Source of the DNA: Trichosphaerium sp. ATCC 40318
Taxonomy: Eukaryota; Protista; Tubulinea
Assembly (NCBI GenBank): GCA_038496445.1
Contig: JALMLS010000015.1
Location: 434,001-498,000 of the forward strand
Direction of reading: 5' to 3'
Length of the DNA stretch: 64,000 nucleotides
Part shown: piece after piece, positions 1-13,018 of the stretch
Position numbering within the stretch: position 1 is the first letter of the stretch
Layout: each line of letters begins with the position of its first letter
Program-made: the position numbers and the translations under genes
The notes under the pieces: generated by a model
What the model was told of the DNA's origin: nothing
The model's database searches: none
Seen by the model: only the letters and a program-made list of their open reading frames with translations

Positions 1-118
1 GTCTCAATGTCAACAACAAGGGTTGAATGGTCCTCTCGTGTTCTATCTATGGCCTATAAGCAAAGTCTCAATTTCGTCGCGATTAGTCAATCGTTTCGTC
101 TGCACACAGCAGTACGCC

Positions 119-1189
119 ATGGCGCAAAAATGGGCAGATACAGTGTATTCAGGATGGTATAACCAAGATTCAAAACGACAAGAACTTACATGCCAATTAA
201 AGTTTAAATCAGGTGCGCAGTCGTACTTCCACATTAATGCGATTGTATAAGCTGGTTTTTTTTTTCTGAACAGGATTATTGTGCAGGAAATATTGAAGGC
301 GAGGGCCATAGCGACGCTGGTTTATTTAATATAGCAGGTGAATACAACACTGCCGCGCCGTTTGATTTCAAGTTCGTTAAAAGTTTCTTTGGTACAGTGG
401 TTTGCGTCAAAACACAAAATGATTGTAGTGTAGGTGGTGCAGGAGTAGATTTTAAAGGATTTGTGGCCGCTGATGGCACATTATTTGGCACTTACACAGG
501 ACCAAATTCAGGAGGTGACTTTAACCTAAAACCAAAACAAAAGACTGCTGGTACGCGTTTTTTACCTTTCGTTTGCTTGTGCCGAATTTAAAACTGATAG
601 TTTTAACGTTAAAGTTGCCAATCGTTTCCTATTTGGAGGTTAATTCTTAAGTAGAGGACTTCAAAAAAGAAGCAGAAGCTGCCATAGCAAAGATTAAAGG
701 CCAGCTACTTTCAATGGGCTTTCCTAACTTTTTGTGTGATCAAGCACTTGAGGTTAATAAAGACCTTGATTCTGCGCTTGCATGGATTACAAACGTTACG
801 TCGACAGGAACAGATGGTACGTTGCCTATATTTGTGTTACACTAGTACTTTTCGCAAACAACCAGCGAGTCGCCTACAATACAATTACTTGTACAGGAGA
901 GTCTTTTTGTACAAGTTTCAGTTGTAACCCTAAAAACCTCATTACAATACTAGGCTTTCTATTTTTGTACTGAACACTTTTTTTAACCTTAACCCTGTTA
1001 ATAGTCGGAGAACCACCGGAAGCACTTGTTAATCAGATTACGTCGATGGGTTTTACAGTTGAGCAAGCTAAAAACGCTTTACGCATAAATGTACGATAGA
1101 AAAAGAGTGGGTATGTATTAATGCGTTAAAAGGGCAATTCTGTTGAGCTGGCGGTTAACCATATTTTTTCTGAAAGTTTTCAAAGCTGA
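119..1189 (+). CDS. Small beta-barrel-like domain + two UBA domains protein (multi-exon)
   Basis: Spliced: MAQKWADTVYSGWYNQ...GEGHSDAGLFNIAGEY...FKFVKSFFG...LFGTYTGPNSGGDFNLKP, then QLLSMGFPNFLCDQALEVNKDLDSALAWI and QITSMGFTVEQAKNALRINGNSVELAVNHIF (UBA MGF motifs). GT-AG introns restore the frame. Confidence 0.8.
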
Positions 1190-1422
1190 AAAAGCTTGTG
1201 AATTCGCCCACGTGTATTGTAAATAAACTAGCGTTGTATTTGCGACGTCTGAACGCAACAAAACGAATACGTGAACTTTTTTTACCTCAATTTTTGAAAG
1301 TTGTTACGTGAGGATTAACGTTGACTGTTTGTTTTCTGAACGAATTATGCACACAAGAAATTTAAATACAGTCACCCAAACGACAAGTAAACACATCATC
1401 ACCTCACCAACCTCACACGCTT

Positions 1423-1887
1423 ATGAACGGCTATAAAAGAAAGCGCAAGCGACGTCGTGAAACACAAAACCTACCCAGAACGAAGAAAACCCGCATTCAA
1501 AACACGATGCAAGAGCACAGTACGTGGTAGTTCTGAGTCACTTTTTGTTTTACATGAAACTTCCGTTTTCTTTGCATTACCCTATTCTGACACTTTGTAG
1601 TCACCAAGTGGAAAATCGACGAGCCAGAGAGCTCTAAGCTGTCTATATCAGATTACGGCATCTCCTTTAGCTCAATTGGGCCGTACAGTTTGGAACTTAG
1701 CATTGGCGCCAATATCGCCGCTAAAAGCTGCAACGGTTCAAGACCTTTCAAACAGTTCGTTTTCGAGCCTTCGACGGGGAAACCCATCGACGGTCACGCT
1801 TTCACCCCTTCGATGACTTACAAACACAACACCATTGTACCCACTACCAAGCCACTACCCTGTCTATACATGTTGGTAAACCACTGA
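1423..1887 (+). CDS. Hypothetical protein with basic NLS-like N-terminus (2 exons)
   Basis: MNGYKRKRKRRRETQ...; a GTACGT...TGTAG intron joins it in frame to the 1601-1887 exon. No family recognised. Confidence 0.45.
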
Positions 1888-2743
1888 CGATTTTGTACTA
1901 AACAAGCTGTAAATAACAAGAATTTCTCTACATTCCTAATTCTGCCTAAGTTGTCCGAAAACAAACCACTGAGAAATAGTAACTGTGGTAACAAACAACA
2001 GTGACACGTTAAATTAGTAACGTGCATTCTACTCTTTTTATGATAATTATTATTCAGGAAGGCAGACGATTACTGCTTAATATTGCTAGGCTACGCATAT
2101 TTGTGCGTGAGGGACGGAGAAAATATTGTGATGATCTTAGTCTGCTTTCTTACTACTCTTTACGTGGTTACTCGTTTACGTGTCGCATACATGACAAACA
2201 TGCAAGAAATAAGAGCTTCTTTGCAAAGGATACGTACGCCACGCAATAGCCACGTAGTATGTCCGCAAGAGGGTTTATACTTAAATAGAGGAGCAGCAAT
2301 TGACGCTCACGCGTAGAAGTCGGACGTTGCAATGTTCCGAAGCCGCAATTGCCGCTGGTACAGAACCGTTTCCCTTTCTGTAGATAACTGTCACAGGCCT
2401 TCAAGTAGTCACACAGCTACTAGAAACTCAATGCACCTCTATTAGCGCTACCGTTACCCCTTGTGCTCAAAAAAGGAATGTGCCGCAAAGGAGGTCTAAG
2501 TTGAGCGAATTAATCCGAGAGTACAAGACGCAACAACTCCACAGTAAAAAAAAGGGGTACAGTGTCTTTTCTTTTGAAGAATGACCGAGTAACTTTTTTG
2601 ATTGCAAATGAACGTATGTGTGATATACTGCGAAACAACCTTGTACAGAAAATAAACCTAAGAAGGAGAATTACAATACATTTTCCATTTTGTGTAGCGC
2701 GTTTTTGTTATGAGCGTTTGCTTAACATCTTTGAGCATGGAAA

Positions 2744-5700
2744 ATGGCTGAAACTACTGAAGAGCACTCGTCATCGTCGAACGGAAGAGCACGTAGCTAT
2801 TCAAGCCCTTGGAAGCAAGAAGCGGCTAAGCGCAAACGAGCGTGTATTATTACTATTGCCAATGAGACTGCCTATGATTTGACGCTGTCAACGGTTGTTT
2901 TGTTTCGTTAAATTTGTTTTTGCTAATAACGTTTCGCGTACAGAACACTCTACAACATGGTGTATGGCTCCAAAAGCCTCCAGGCGCGATACCATCAAAA
3001 TCAGTGGCAGAGTTTGCAACAGGTACAAAAACCATTGGAAACGGCGTAAACACAATTTAAAATATGATTCAGATTGCTAAAAGGCTATTTCCTAATTTAA
3101 TTGTTACCACGCTTCAAAGATATTAACATATGCGCGCTAGGGGACAAACGAGGCAGCATGACGGGAACTGGCGGTATTGTAACTTATTTCATACACAACG
3201 ACAAGAAAGCAGAGTTCTCGTGGCGTATCCCTTTCGCTGGTACAACTAATTGCGCGTGACACTTTTCGCGTGACACTTTTATTTTTTTTGGACTTAATTA
3301 ATTCGAGCTAGGTTGGAATCGCTCTTACACTTGTGATTGTGACGATAATCAATTCACTCTCAGCTATACATCTGTCCGAAAGCATCCTGCTGAGGTTTTC
3401 TTTTGTGTAGAAGGCGCAAAGTTGGGTGACGATCAACCAGTAAGTTGACAAGTCATGTCATTTTTGGAAATTAATTGTTTTGCACTTACTTCAGTGTAAA
3501 TGATACAGAACTTGTGTCAGGTGATATTATTAATTAATATTGTGATAGGTCGTGCATATGGATGATCCTCTTATTGTTTTTGTAAACGTCAAATCTGGTG
3601 GAAAACAGGGCAAATTATTACTTCCAAAATTCCGGAATATCTTGCCTGCCTGTCAAGTACGAAGCCCTCCTAACTCTGTTTGGCATTGCACCCTTAATAT
3701 ACTACTAGGTTATTGATATACTCAAAGGAGGACCCAAAGCAGCGTAGGAGTTATTTTCTGAACATGCCCTTCCTGTACTTTTTTTTTCCGAACAGCCATA
3801 TTGAAACATTTGTTTTTTTGTAGCATTGAGAAGTTCAAGAATGTCGGAAATGTAAGGTTTTTAGCCTGTGGTGGCGATGGTACAGGTAAATGGGTTATGG
3901 AGGTTATGGACAAATTGACATTTACAAAGCCAGCTCCACCAGTACGTATTTTACTCAACTGTAAAAACATGTTTGTTATCAAAGATGAGTTTACTGATTA
4001 TTTGGGTCATACCCACTTTTTTGAGTTTGTGGCCCACAGTATTTGATAGGTTGGGTTATGCCCTCTTGGTACCGGAAATGATATTTCTCGTGTCCTTGGA
4101 TGGGGAGGTACGAGTTTCTTTTGGGCAAAAGCGGAAGTAAGATTGTCACCTAAAATGAACGTTTCTAGGTGGTTACAGCGGAGAATCACTTCATACTATT
4201 GTAAAACATATAAAGGATGCTGAGCCTATAATGATGGATCGTTGGGATATTACGGTGACTTCTTATGATGATAGAGGGATTGAAGTAGAAAAACAACATA
4301 ATAGTTTAAACAACTACTTGTGCATAGGTAAAAACAGAAAAACTTTCAATATTGGCGAAACTCTTTTTCTTTTTTTAGTCATAAAGTTCAATGAATTACT
4401 GTTTACATTAATACCAAAATTTCAGGTTATGCTGATGCTAGGGTTGCACTACAGTTTCATAAGAAGAGAGAATCTAACCCTAACTTATTTTTCTCACGAA
4501 AAGTTAACAAGCTTTGGTACATTCGGGTTTTTTTGATTTTTTTGATTTTTGAAAAAGAAAAACAATGTAGAATTCCGCTTTGCAAAACTTTTGTTGGTTC
4601 GCTGTATTGATGTTATATCCTTAGGTATGGCACCTATGGTGCTTTAGATATGTTAGAGGAAGTAGTGAAAAAGGCAGTGCCTCTAAAACAGGTGTTAGTG
4701 CTAAAGGTACAGCGCTGTATCAGATTATTGTTTTGAGCTAACCGGAACATTAAAAAAGATTGATGGAAAAGTAGTTGATTTACCGTCAAACATTGAAGGT
4801 ATAATTTGTTTAAATATACCTTCTTACGCTGGCGGAATGAATATGTGGGGCGTGAGAAGAGATCCAGTACGTAAAAATGTTATGTAAAGTTGTTGTGTTC
4901 TAAAAAAAACCCTCCTAGGATTTCCAACAAGTATCTCTTTCAGATGGTTTGATAGAAGTTATTGGTCTAAAAAGCACTTATCACTTGGTACCCAACATAA
5001 AAGTGCTTTACTTTTTCTTTTAATTTTTCTCATTCGCTTCGTTATATCTGTTAGTGCCTGCAAATCTTTCAACAACAGAGAAAAGTAGCCAGGATTGTTT
5101 TTTTTACGTTCAAAAACTCTCGCCGTCTCTTGACCAATCTGTTTCTAAATGGTGTACATAGACTACAATAGGCACGGGCAGAGATTATGGAGAAAGGTTG
5201 GGACAGGGAAAGCACATAGAAATTGATTTTTCAGGTTCACCTTGTATGCCTGGTAAAGTACGTTCTCGTTTCAGTTATTTCCTTGATAGTCACGGTTTTG
5301 GTAATCGTTTCGCCTTTGTAGATTGATGGTGAACCATGGCTTCAAGAAACGCGAGCAATATACGAGATAAAATACTTGGGACAGAACACAATGTTGGCAA
5401 AGGTTCCTAGCTTGAGTTTCATTACCACTTTGAGTTTTATTCCTACTTCGAGTTTTATTCCTACATTGAGTTTTTTTTTCAAAATCTTGCAGTTTTCTTG
5501 TGAACATTTTTTTCTCCTACCGCCGCTAGTTTGACAGTCGCTGTAGCAAGGATCTGTAGGCGCTACAACGTATGGATGTAGTATTTGCGGATGGCTTGTA
5601 AAGAAACCTGGGACAACAGGACAATGGCGTCTAAGGTGGTTTACGTTAAAGAATGGCGTAATATCGTACTACGCAACGCGTCAGGTACGTACATATTAGA

Positions 5701-6037
5701 TTTTACTGCTAAAAAACTGCTATTGTGAATTTTGTAGTTTTTTTTTCAAGAAAAAGTTTAATTGGTTACTACTAGGATGTTGTACCAAAAGGTAGATTAG
5801 ATGTTCAAGGATGTTGTGTAGGTGTGTCCACTCAATGTAAATATGGGTTTGAGATAGACACAACGGAGCGTGTATACGTATTTTCTTGTCTGGAGACAAA
5901 TGAAGATCTTCAAGTACGTGCACAAACGTGATATTCTGAAAAAAAGAAAAAACCCTTTACAGGAGTTTTTAACAATTTCTCTTTAGTTGTGGATCAGTGC
6001 ATGTATTGCTGCCGGAGCCTTTTCTAAGGCAATATGA
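2744..6037 (+). CDS. Diacylglycerol kinase with N-terminal aegerolysin-like domain and C-terminal PH domain
   Basis: DAGK motifs PLIVFVNVKSGGKQG, ACGGDGT, PLGTGNDISRVLGWGGGY, NNYLCIG, LNIPSYAGG, DGLIEVIG, IDGEPW. PH domain GWLVKKPG...WRLRWFTLKNGVISYY...LWISAC. N-terminus IANETAYDLTL...LQHGVWLQKPP...MTGTGGIVTY...SWRIPFAGWN. Confidence 0.88.
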
Positions 6038-6221
6038 GATACACATGTTTTGTGATCTAAGAGGATGATGTTATAAAAATGTGTGTTGGAAAAAGTTGTT
6101 GACGAGGACAAAGAATTTTGGCAAAATCATCAGTTTTAAATTAAAAATAGTTTCCATTTTTCGTCTTTGTTGGTCGTTGTCTTGTAAACTACATAAATAG
6201 CCCAACGATCGCATATTTACC

Positions 6222-9200
6222 ATGTCTCTGCGAAACTTATCGCCTAGATCGGTCGATCTAGCCAATAAGGTTTGAAAATACAAAATCGTGGTAATCATCG
6301 CTCAGTTTGTTATAATAGGTTGAAGATACGCGCGTATGGATGTACCTTGCTAAAGAAAAGTCGGTGCGCGAGTGGATCAATAAAGTACTTAAAGTTAAGC
6401 TCGACAATGGTACGGTACCAAACTGCATACAGTTGTTTTCGTGTTTGCCCTTTTGGAAGTTTAATTTTTTATCCTGCGTAGATCTTGTTACAGCGTTGTC
6501 AAATGGTATTGTTGTTTGTTATTTAATGCGAGAGATCGATCGCTACTCTATTCCTAAGATACAGGAGAATCAAAAAGCTATGTACACACTAAAAGAGAAC
6601 GTACGCTTTTTTATCGATGCTTTGGCAGAGTATGGAGTACCGCGTTGGAAGTACGTTGCTTTTTTTTGTCGTTTATTTCGATTAATTTTTAAACAACGTT
6701 ATTATTCAATAGTTAGCGCTGAATAGTCGCCTATTGTTGGTATTTTAGCGCTTGTTCCAATAAGGAAAACTTGCAGTAACGTGAAAAAAAGGCACTAACA
6801 CAAACCTACGTAGGTTATTCTTTGTGAATGATCTATGGGATGGTAAGAACATTGTAAAAGTTGTAGACTGCCTGTCATGGTTTGGTAAAAAAGTGACTGA
6901 AGACGGTTTTCGCGTCCCATACGTTGAAGGCAAGGTACGTAGTACCAATTTACGGCATTTCTTTCAAGAAAAGAGTTCTGGCGATCTAATATGTTGAAGG
7001 ATGATCCTAATGAGCGTGCTACGCTTACAAAGAAGGAAATACTCAAAATAAAAAGCATGTTGACGAAAATTAACGATGAAGAGGTAAGCAACAAGAATTC
7101 ACGTGTGGTTCTTCATGTGCTCATTTGTACGCTTAGAAAAAAGGTCAAAGAAGACCAGTATCTTCTGGTTTGGTAAAAAGAAAGATGCAATACTTGCTCT
7201 CTGGTTCAGGAGTTGACTGTACGTGAAGAGATATATCAGATATTTTTTTGTAGTTTCATGCCTGTTGCTTATGTATTTTCACTTCTAGTCGAGACACTAG
7301 AAGGTAGACTATGTAAATTGCAGGGGTTAGTAAGAGGGCATTTACAGAGGAAGCGATACAGGAAATTATGCACGTTTTTTGTACTGCCTAACAATGTTGG
7401 TACTTATTAATGTATTAGTGCGTCATCAGTACACTAGAAACAGAGTAGTGGAGGAGATATTGCATACAGAAGATACATACTTGAAGGGCCTCAGTGATTG
7501 CATTGAGCACTTTTACAATCCACTTAGAGACACACTATCCGACAAACGGCCTATTTTGAACAAGAACCAGTTTCGTTGCATCTTCTCCGATTTAGAAATA
7601 ATTTTTAATCTCAATACTGCTTTCCGCAAGAAGATAAAGAGACGTGTATCAAAGTGGAGTAATACACGATGCATTGGTGATATTTTTTTGGAATCGGTAC
7701 GTGTTGGTTCTTTGCAACTCATGCTAGGACTACAATGCACTTTTATAGTAAGCGCTAAAGCGGATTTTAGGTTAAAACATTTAAAATATACACAAACTAC
7801 GTTCAAAACTTTAATACAAGTCTAACAACGTTGGATAACCTAATGACAATGAAAAATAGTAGATTTAAGCCATTTTATGACGTGCGTAAACATAAAAAAT
7901 AAAAGGTATTTTATCCAATTACTGACAAGTTACTGTTAGGAAGCAATCCAAAAGTTGCAATTAAATGATTTACAAGGCTATTTAATCATGCCTGTACAGG
8001 TACGTTGTTTTTTATTTTATTCTTTTTACAAATGACGCTTTTTGTTTCTCACTCTTATTTTAGCGTATTCCACGTACGGATTGTTTTATTTAGTGATTAA
8101 AGGAGGTCTTCAGGATTATTGACATTTTGTTTCTAGGGTACAGTCTACTTTTGCGTGATTTAGGCAAACATACTTGGGCTGGGCATCCAGATGAAGAGAA
8201 TATTAAAAACGCTGGAGTAGCTATCGATGAGATTTCTACGTACTTGAATGAAAGAGCGAGACAGTTCGAGAATACAAAGTACGGGCACAGTCTGTGAAAC
8301 TACAAGAATCTATAAAAACTAAACATAAACTTTTAGGCTTTTACTCCAATTGTCAAGAGATATCTACAACTGTGATGTTGAGCTTGTTGTACCAACACGT
8401 AGATATATCACAAAGGCTTCTTTTCAAAATAAGCTGACTGTCTACTTGTTTAATGATTTATTCCTTGTGGGAAAGTCTGATAATAAAAAGAAGCCAAACC
8501 TCGTAAAATGCAGGTACGTAAATGGAAAAGTTTTTGTTGGGCGAAAAACTGCAACGACGATTTTTTTGCTCAGCATAAAGCTTTGAAAGTCATGTCATCA
8601 GACATCCAGCACTCACGTAAGTTATAGGCAAACATTCAAGCTTGAAAACCTTGACTTGAAGACTGAGAATAAGCCAAAGCTAGAATTCTATGTATCTGTA
8701 GTTAAAGTGCTCACGGTAGTGATAAGCGAAGATACACCAGCTGACTTTGAGTCTGAATTCTTAAAGGCTAAGGAAGCCTTGAAACAACCGGAAAAGAAAG
8801 GTGATTATTTTACGCCTCTATGCAATTCCACTCACTACGTTATTAGTTGCAGTTGCAGAGGTGGCTGTTGAAGAAGAAATAACATACACACCAGAAGAGC
8901 GATTACGGATGAGAGAGAAGGAGCGTGGACGCCTTCGTGCTCTTCTAGAGAATGAACGAGCAACAATTCAGTGTACATTTATTTTTCTATCTTTTTCCTT
9001 TCTACTCTACAAAACTTGCTGTGGCTCATCATTTCACTAGGCGATGACACACCTAGAAAATCGAGGCTAATAAGCTTACTTACTATGAAAAACATTCTAA
9101 AACAGCAACTTGATACGGACACAGAAGCGAGTGAACCAATTGCCAAGGAAGCTATACATAAAGAATTACAGAGCGTAGAGTCTGAGATTAATCTTGCAAA

Positions 9201-10579
9201 GAAAGATCTTTCTGCAACTGATGTTGATGCTATTGAGGTACAGGCTTTTTCTTCTTTGAAAAAAATAGTTTGTTTATTTGGACACTTTCTGAAACAGTAC
9301 ATTTTGCGTTGTTTTAAAAATTGGATTTTGTGATTTCGACCAAGCCACTTTCAAAAATCTCACTTTAACACATGGATACGGCCATACAACCATGAAAACT
9401 CCGTGTCTCTTTCCGAACCGCGAAGATAAGCATGGTATGGCCCTGCCAGTACTTGGGTCCGTGAGGACCAGGGAACGTAGGGTGCTGTATTCATTTTGCT
9501 TTTTTCTCTGCCAACCATATGTAATACGAGCTTGTTTCTCGTTCTCTGCAATTGGTTGGTTGTTGCGACTTTGCGACTGTCAGAAAATTTTTTGATACTT
9601 CTGAAACCTAAAAACATTTTAAATGTTATTTTCTGATGGTGTTGAAGGCAAAACTCAAAGCGGAAGAACCTGCAGCAGCAAAACCAAAAAATAGCCGTCA
9701 TGATATTGACCTTGGTGGTATGGATATAAAGAATGCCAATTATAATAAAGCAAAGAGTAGTTGGAAGGTATGTATAAAAGGATAACCCACGCCTAGAAAT
9801 TAACTTTTTTGTTTTAGTTCAAGTTTGGAAAAAAAGGAGCAAATAAATCCAAGAAGAAGCTAGGAAAGGGTAAAGTAAGGAAATCTCTTGAGGTTAAGTC
9901 TGCTGCCCAGGCTGAGACGAACTCTGATGCGTCAGGTATGAGAAAAGCAAAGAAACCAACCGTTTTTTAAAAAGCATTTTTTTCTCTTCTAACCGTTTTC
10001 AAAGGTCAACGGGAAGAACGCTCTGGTGTTAGTAATGATGACTCTATTGATTCTGGAGCTCCTGAGGCTGGTGTCAAAGCAGAACCAAGACCTTCAGTTA
10101 CACTTGTTGATACACCAAAAAAAGAAGGAAGAACATCAATTGAAAAGAAAGAACGGAAAAAGAATAGACTATCTTTAAAGAGAAAGAATAAGCGTACTAT
10201 AACAGAGAATAATTCATCATCAGAGGTACGTAAAAAAAAAAAAAGAAACAAACCAAAACCTCAAAGTTTGTCACCTTCTGCCACTCCTGTATTTTCTTCT
10301 TCGTATTTCTTTTGAGCCTATATTACTACCAAGGCCATACCACTATATGGACTTTTATTTTCGTCTGTGGTGGATTTGTTTTACCTTTTCTTTTTTGTTG
10401 CTTGTTCTAATGGGATTATGTTTCTTTAGACTTCAGTAACCCCTGAAAAGAGAAAGAGACGTATGTCCATGAAAGCAAAGGCTAGAGTATCCCAACAAAA
10501 GACTGAGGAAAGACCTAGACTTATGAGAAAAGTTTCATCTTTGACAGATGTTCGTAAACTCAATGAAGGGAAAAAGTAA
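6222..10579 (+). CDS. RhoGEF with CH, IQ, DH and PH domains, a coiled coil and a basic low-complexity tail
   Basis: CH domain (VREWINKVL...ALSNGIVVCYLM...ENVRFFIDAL), IQ-like LQGLVRGHLQRKRY, DH domain RNRVVEEILHTEDTYL...LIMPVQRIPRYSLLLRDL, PH-like YLFNDLFLVGK. Confidence 0.88.
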
Positions 10580-10680
10580 AAAAAAAAGAAGAGAAGGAAT
10601 GAAAATGTTTCTTTTCGTTGTAATTTTTTTGGGACACAAATTGTACAATACAATAGCTATTATGGAATTTAGTATTTTTT

Positions 10681-10890
10681 TAACTCGTAGTCTCCCGTCT
10701 AAACGTCTTTAACATTTTGATGACAATGGTCAACTTAAGACAGATGGCACTATGAATGGAGCGCACAAAGAGTGGCATACTACACCTGTAGACTGCCATT
10801 GTTTCATTGCATGTCATAGGAAACTGTTTCTCGGGAGATAGACTGTATCTACGTCTGTGAGTCATATCGGCGATATAAGTATATCATCTT
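10681..10890. pseudogene. Collapsed relic: MORN-variant repeat fragment (+) fused to a lipase fragment (-)
   Basis: The + strand at about 10713-10785 reads HFDDNGQLK...MNGAHKEWH. 10788-10890 matches 13520-13645 of the lipase gene (YSLSPEKQFP.CNE.MAVYR) with internal deletions. Confidence 0.75.
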
Positions 10891-11122
10891 CCAAATCCTT
10901 AGGTAATTAGTACTTATAGCTATTCGCCAGTCATATGTACAAATACATAATACTATTTTGTTGGAAGAATATTAGATACAAGCGCTAGGGACACATGGGT
11001 AACTGCTATATTTAAATCTACCAAGTGAACGAACATTGAAAAAAACGAGAAATGAAAAGACTGAGATTTTTCCTAAGTCTTTAATTCTTTCACGTAATTA
11101 CTTCAGCACCTAAACAAACAAT

Positions 11123-12807
11123 ATGTCAGCGAGGCGAAAAGTACACGTAAGTCGGAACGTACGTATAAACTATAGTTTAACGCGAAACAGAGAACACGTG
11201 GCCAAAAACGAGAGAAAACTTGTCTTCTCCACCTCCCAGTGGAGCTACAACTCGATATTATGGACTTGGACAACAGTGCCTACATTAAATGGCCATTACT
11301 ATCTAAACAAGCCGCAATATGCTCAAGGTTTGATAGCGACTTGAAAAAACAAGGCAAATGGATGAGACACGACCGCTGTGGAAGGAAATTGGCTGAAAGG
11401 TTTTATTCTGGTGGAAAGAAACAAGGAGTTCTTAAAACTTGGCGGAAAGGAGGTTCTCAGATTAAGCAATGTTCGTATGTCAATGATATACTTGATGGTG
11501 AGTACAAGGAATGGTCAATTAAAGGATTCTTATTGAAACATTGGTTTTATAAGAATGGTAAGAAACATGGAGATAACAAAAGGTTTATGAAATCAAATGG
11601 TAAGCTGTTCAAGCTCCAACCTTATGTTAATGGGAAGATACATGGCGAGTGTAAGGAGTGGTATGATAATGGTATATTGAAGAACAAGACTATGTACATT
11701 AATGGCAAGCAAAGTGGAGAGTTTAAGTATTGGCATGAAAATGGACAAGTATCACGTGAGCGCTATTATGTTGATGGTTTCGAGACAAAGAAAGAGTTTT
11801 ATGTTACTGGCAAACCTAAATACGAGTTAGTACCTTTGGGGAAAGACGGTAGATATGAGGAAAGGGTGTGGTATGCGAATAATCAGCTAAAAAGTCAATG
11901 TGGTTATTTAAATGACTTGAAAGAAGGAGAAGAAAAATGTTGGCTTGAGAGTGGTCAGATAAAGAGCCATTGTTTTTATGCTGATGGTAATAGAGAAGGA
12001 GAAGTAAAACTATGGCATGATAATGGACACTTACACATAAAATGCTTTTATGTCAAAGGAGAATTAGAAGGTGAACGTGAGGTGTACTACAGGAATGGAG
12101 CATTATTATCGAAAGTAGTTTACAACAAAGGAAAGAAAGAAGGAGTAATGACATTTTTTCTAGATAATGGAAAATTAGAGCAAACGTGTACTTTTGTTGA
12201 TGGTAAGAAAGAAGGAGAAGAAAAGTATTGGTTTGAAAGTGGTCAATTGCAGTGCCAATGTGTTTATGTTAACAATCAGAAGGAAGGAGAAGAGAAGTTG
12301 TGGTATGAAAGTGGTCAATTACAGCGCCAAGGTGTTTATGTTAAGAATAAGAAACATGGTGAAGAAAAGTGGTGGTATGAGAGTGGTAGTTTGAGTAATC
12401 AATGTAGTCATTTTGAAGGTATTAAAGAAGGAGAAGAAAAAACCTGGTATGAGAATGGAAACTTAAAATGTATTCGTCATTATGATGACAACCACTCAGA
12501 AGGAAAGTACAAGGAAAAAGAAGAAGGAGAAGTAAAGCATTGGTTTGAAAATGGTCAATTAAAGTGCCAATACTTTTGTGTAAATGGTATGAAGGGAGGA
12601 GAAGAAAAAAGTTGGTATGAGAATGGACAACTAGAAAAACAATGTTTTTGGGTTGAAGGATATAAACACGGAGAAGAAAAGTATTGGTACCAAACTGGGG
12701 AATTACATTTTAAAATTATGTATGTTAATGGTAAGACACTAAAGGAAAATTATTGGCGTCCTGATGGCAAGCCAGTTGAACATACAAAAGTATTTGCTTG
12801 GTTTTAA
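11123..12807 (+). CDS. F-box-like + about 18 MORN-variant (YwqK-type) 24-aa repeats
   Basis: One short intron (11141 or 11147 to 11175) links the ATG to the long ORF. LLHLPVELQLDIM F-box-like helix, then repeats of GEEKxW(Y/F)E(N/S)GQL...Y(V)NGKK. Confidence 0.85.
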
Positions 12808-13018
12808 TAAGATTATATTAAGACTGTTGTAAGTAGTTTGTAAGTAAATAATATGGTTTAGTTTTAATTAGAAATCACACTATTACCTTAACTAAGAATG
12901 ATATGCGAGAACCTATTATTCATTGCAAACCACAGTCAATGTCGAAAGTTTTTTAAAGTTGAAAAAAACAGGAACAGAAATTAAATAATTCTATGCTATT
13001 GCCTTTATTCTACTTTCT

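Noticed and set aside
817-1003. U12 intron suggested by CCTTAAC near the acceptor (similarly CCCTTAAT near 3690)
   Set aside because: The donors are GTACG, not RTATCCT, so these look like ordinary U2 introns.
5410-5470. Short tandem repeat (TTGAGTTTTATTCCTAC-like, 3-4 copies)
   Set aside because: An 18-nt intronic minisatellite in the DAGK gene with no evident function.
11239-12807. Bacterial YwqJK-type toxin-antitoxin module or contaminant contig
   Set aside because: No adjacent toxin; the gene has a spliceosomal intron and an F-box-like head, and sits among intron-rich eukaryotic genes.
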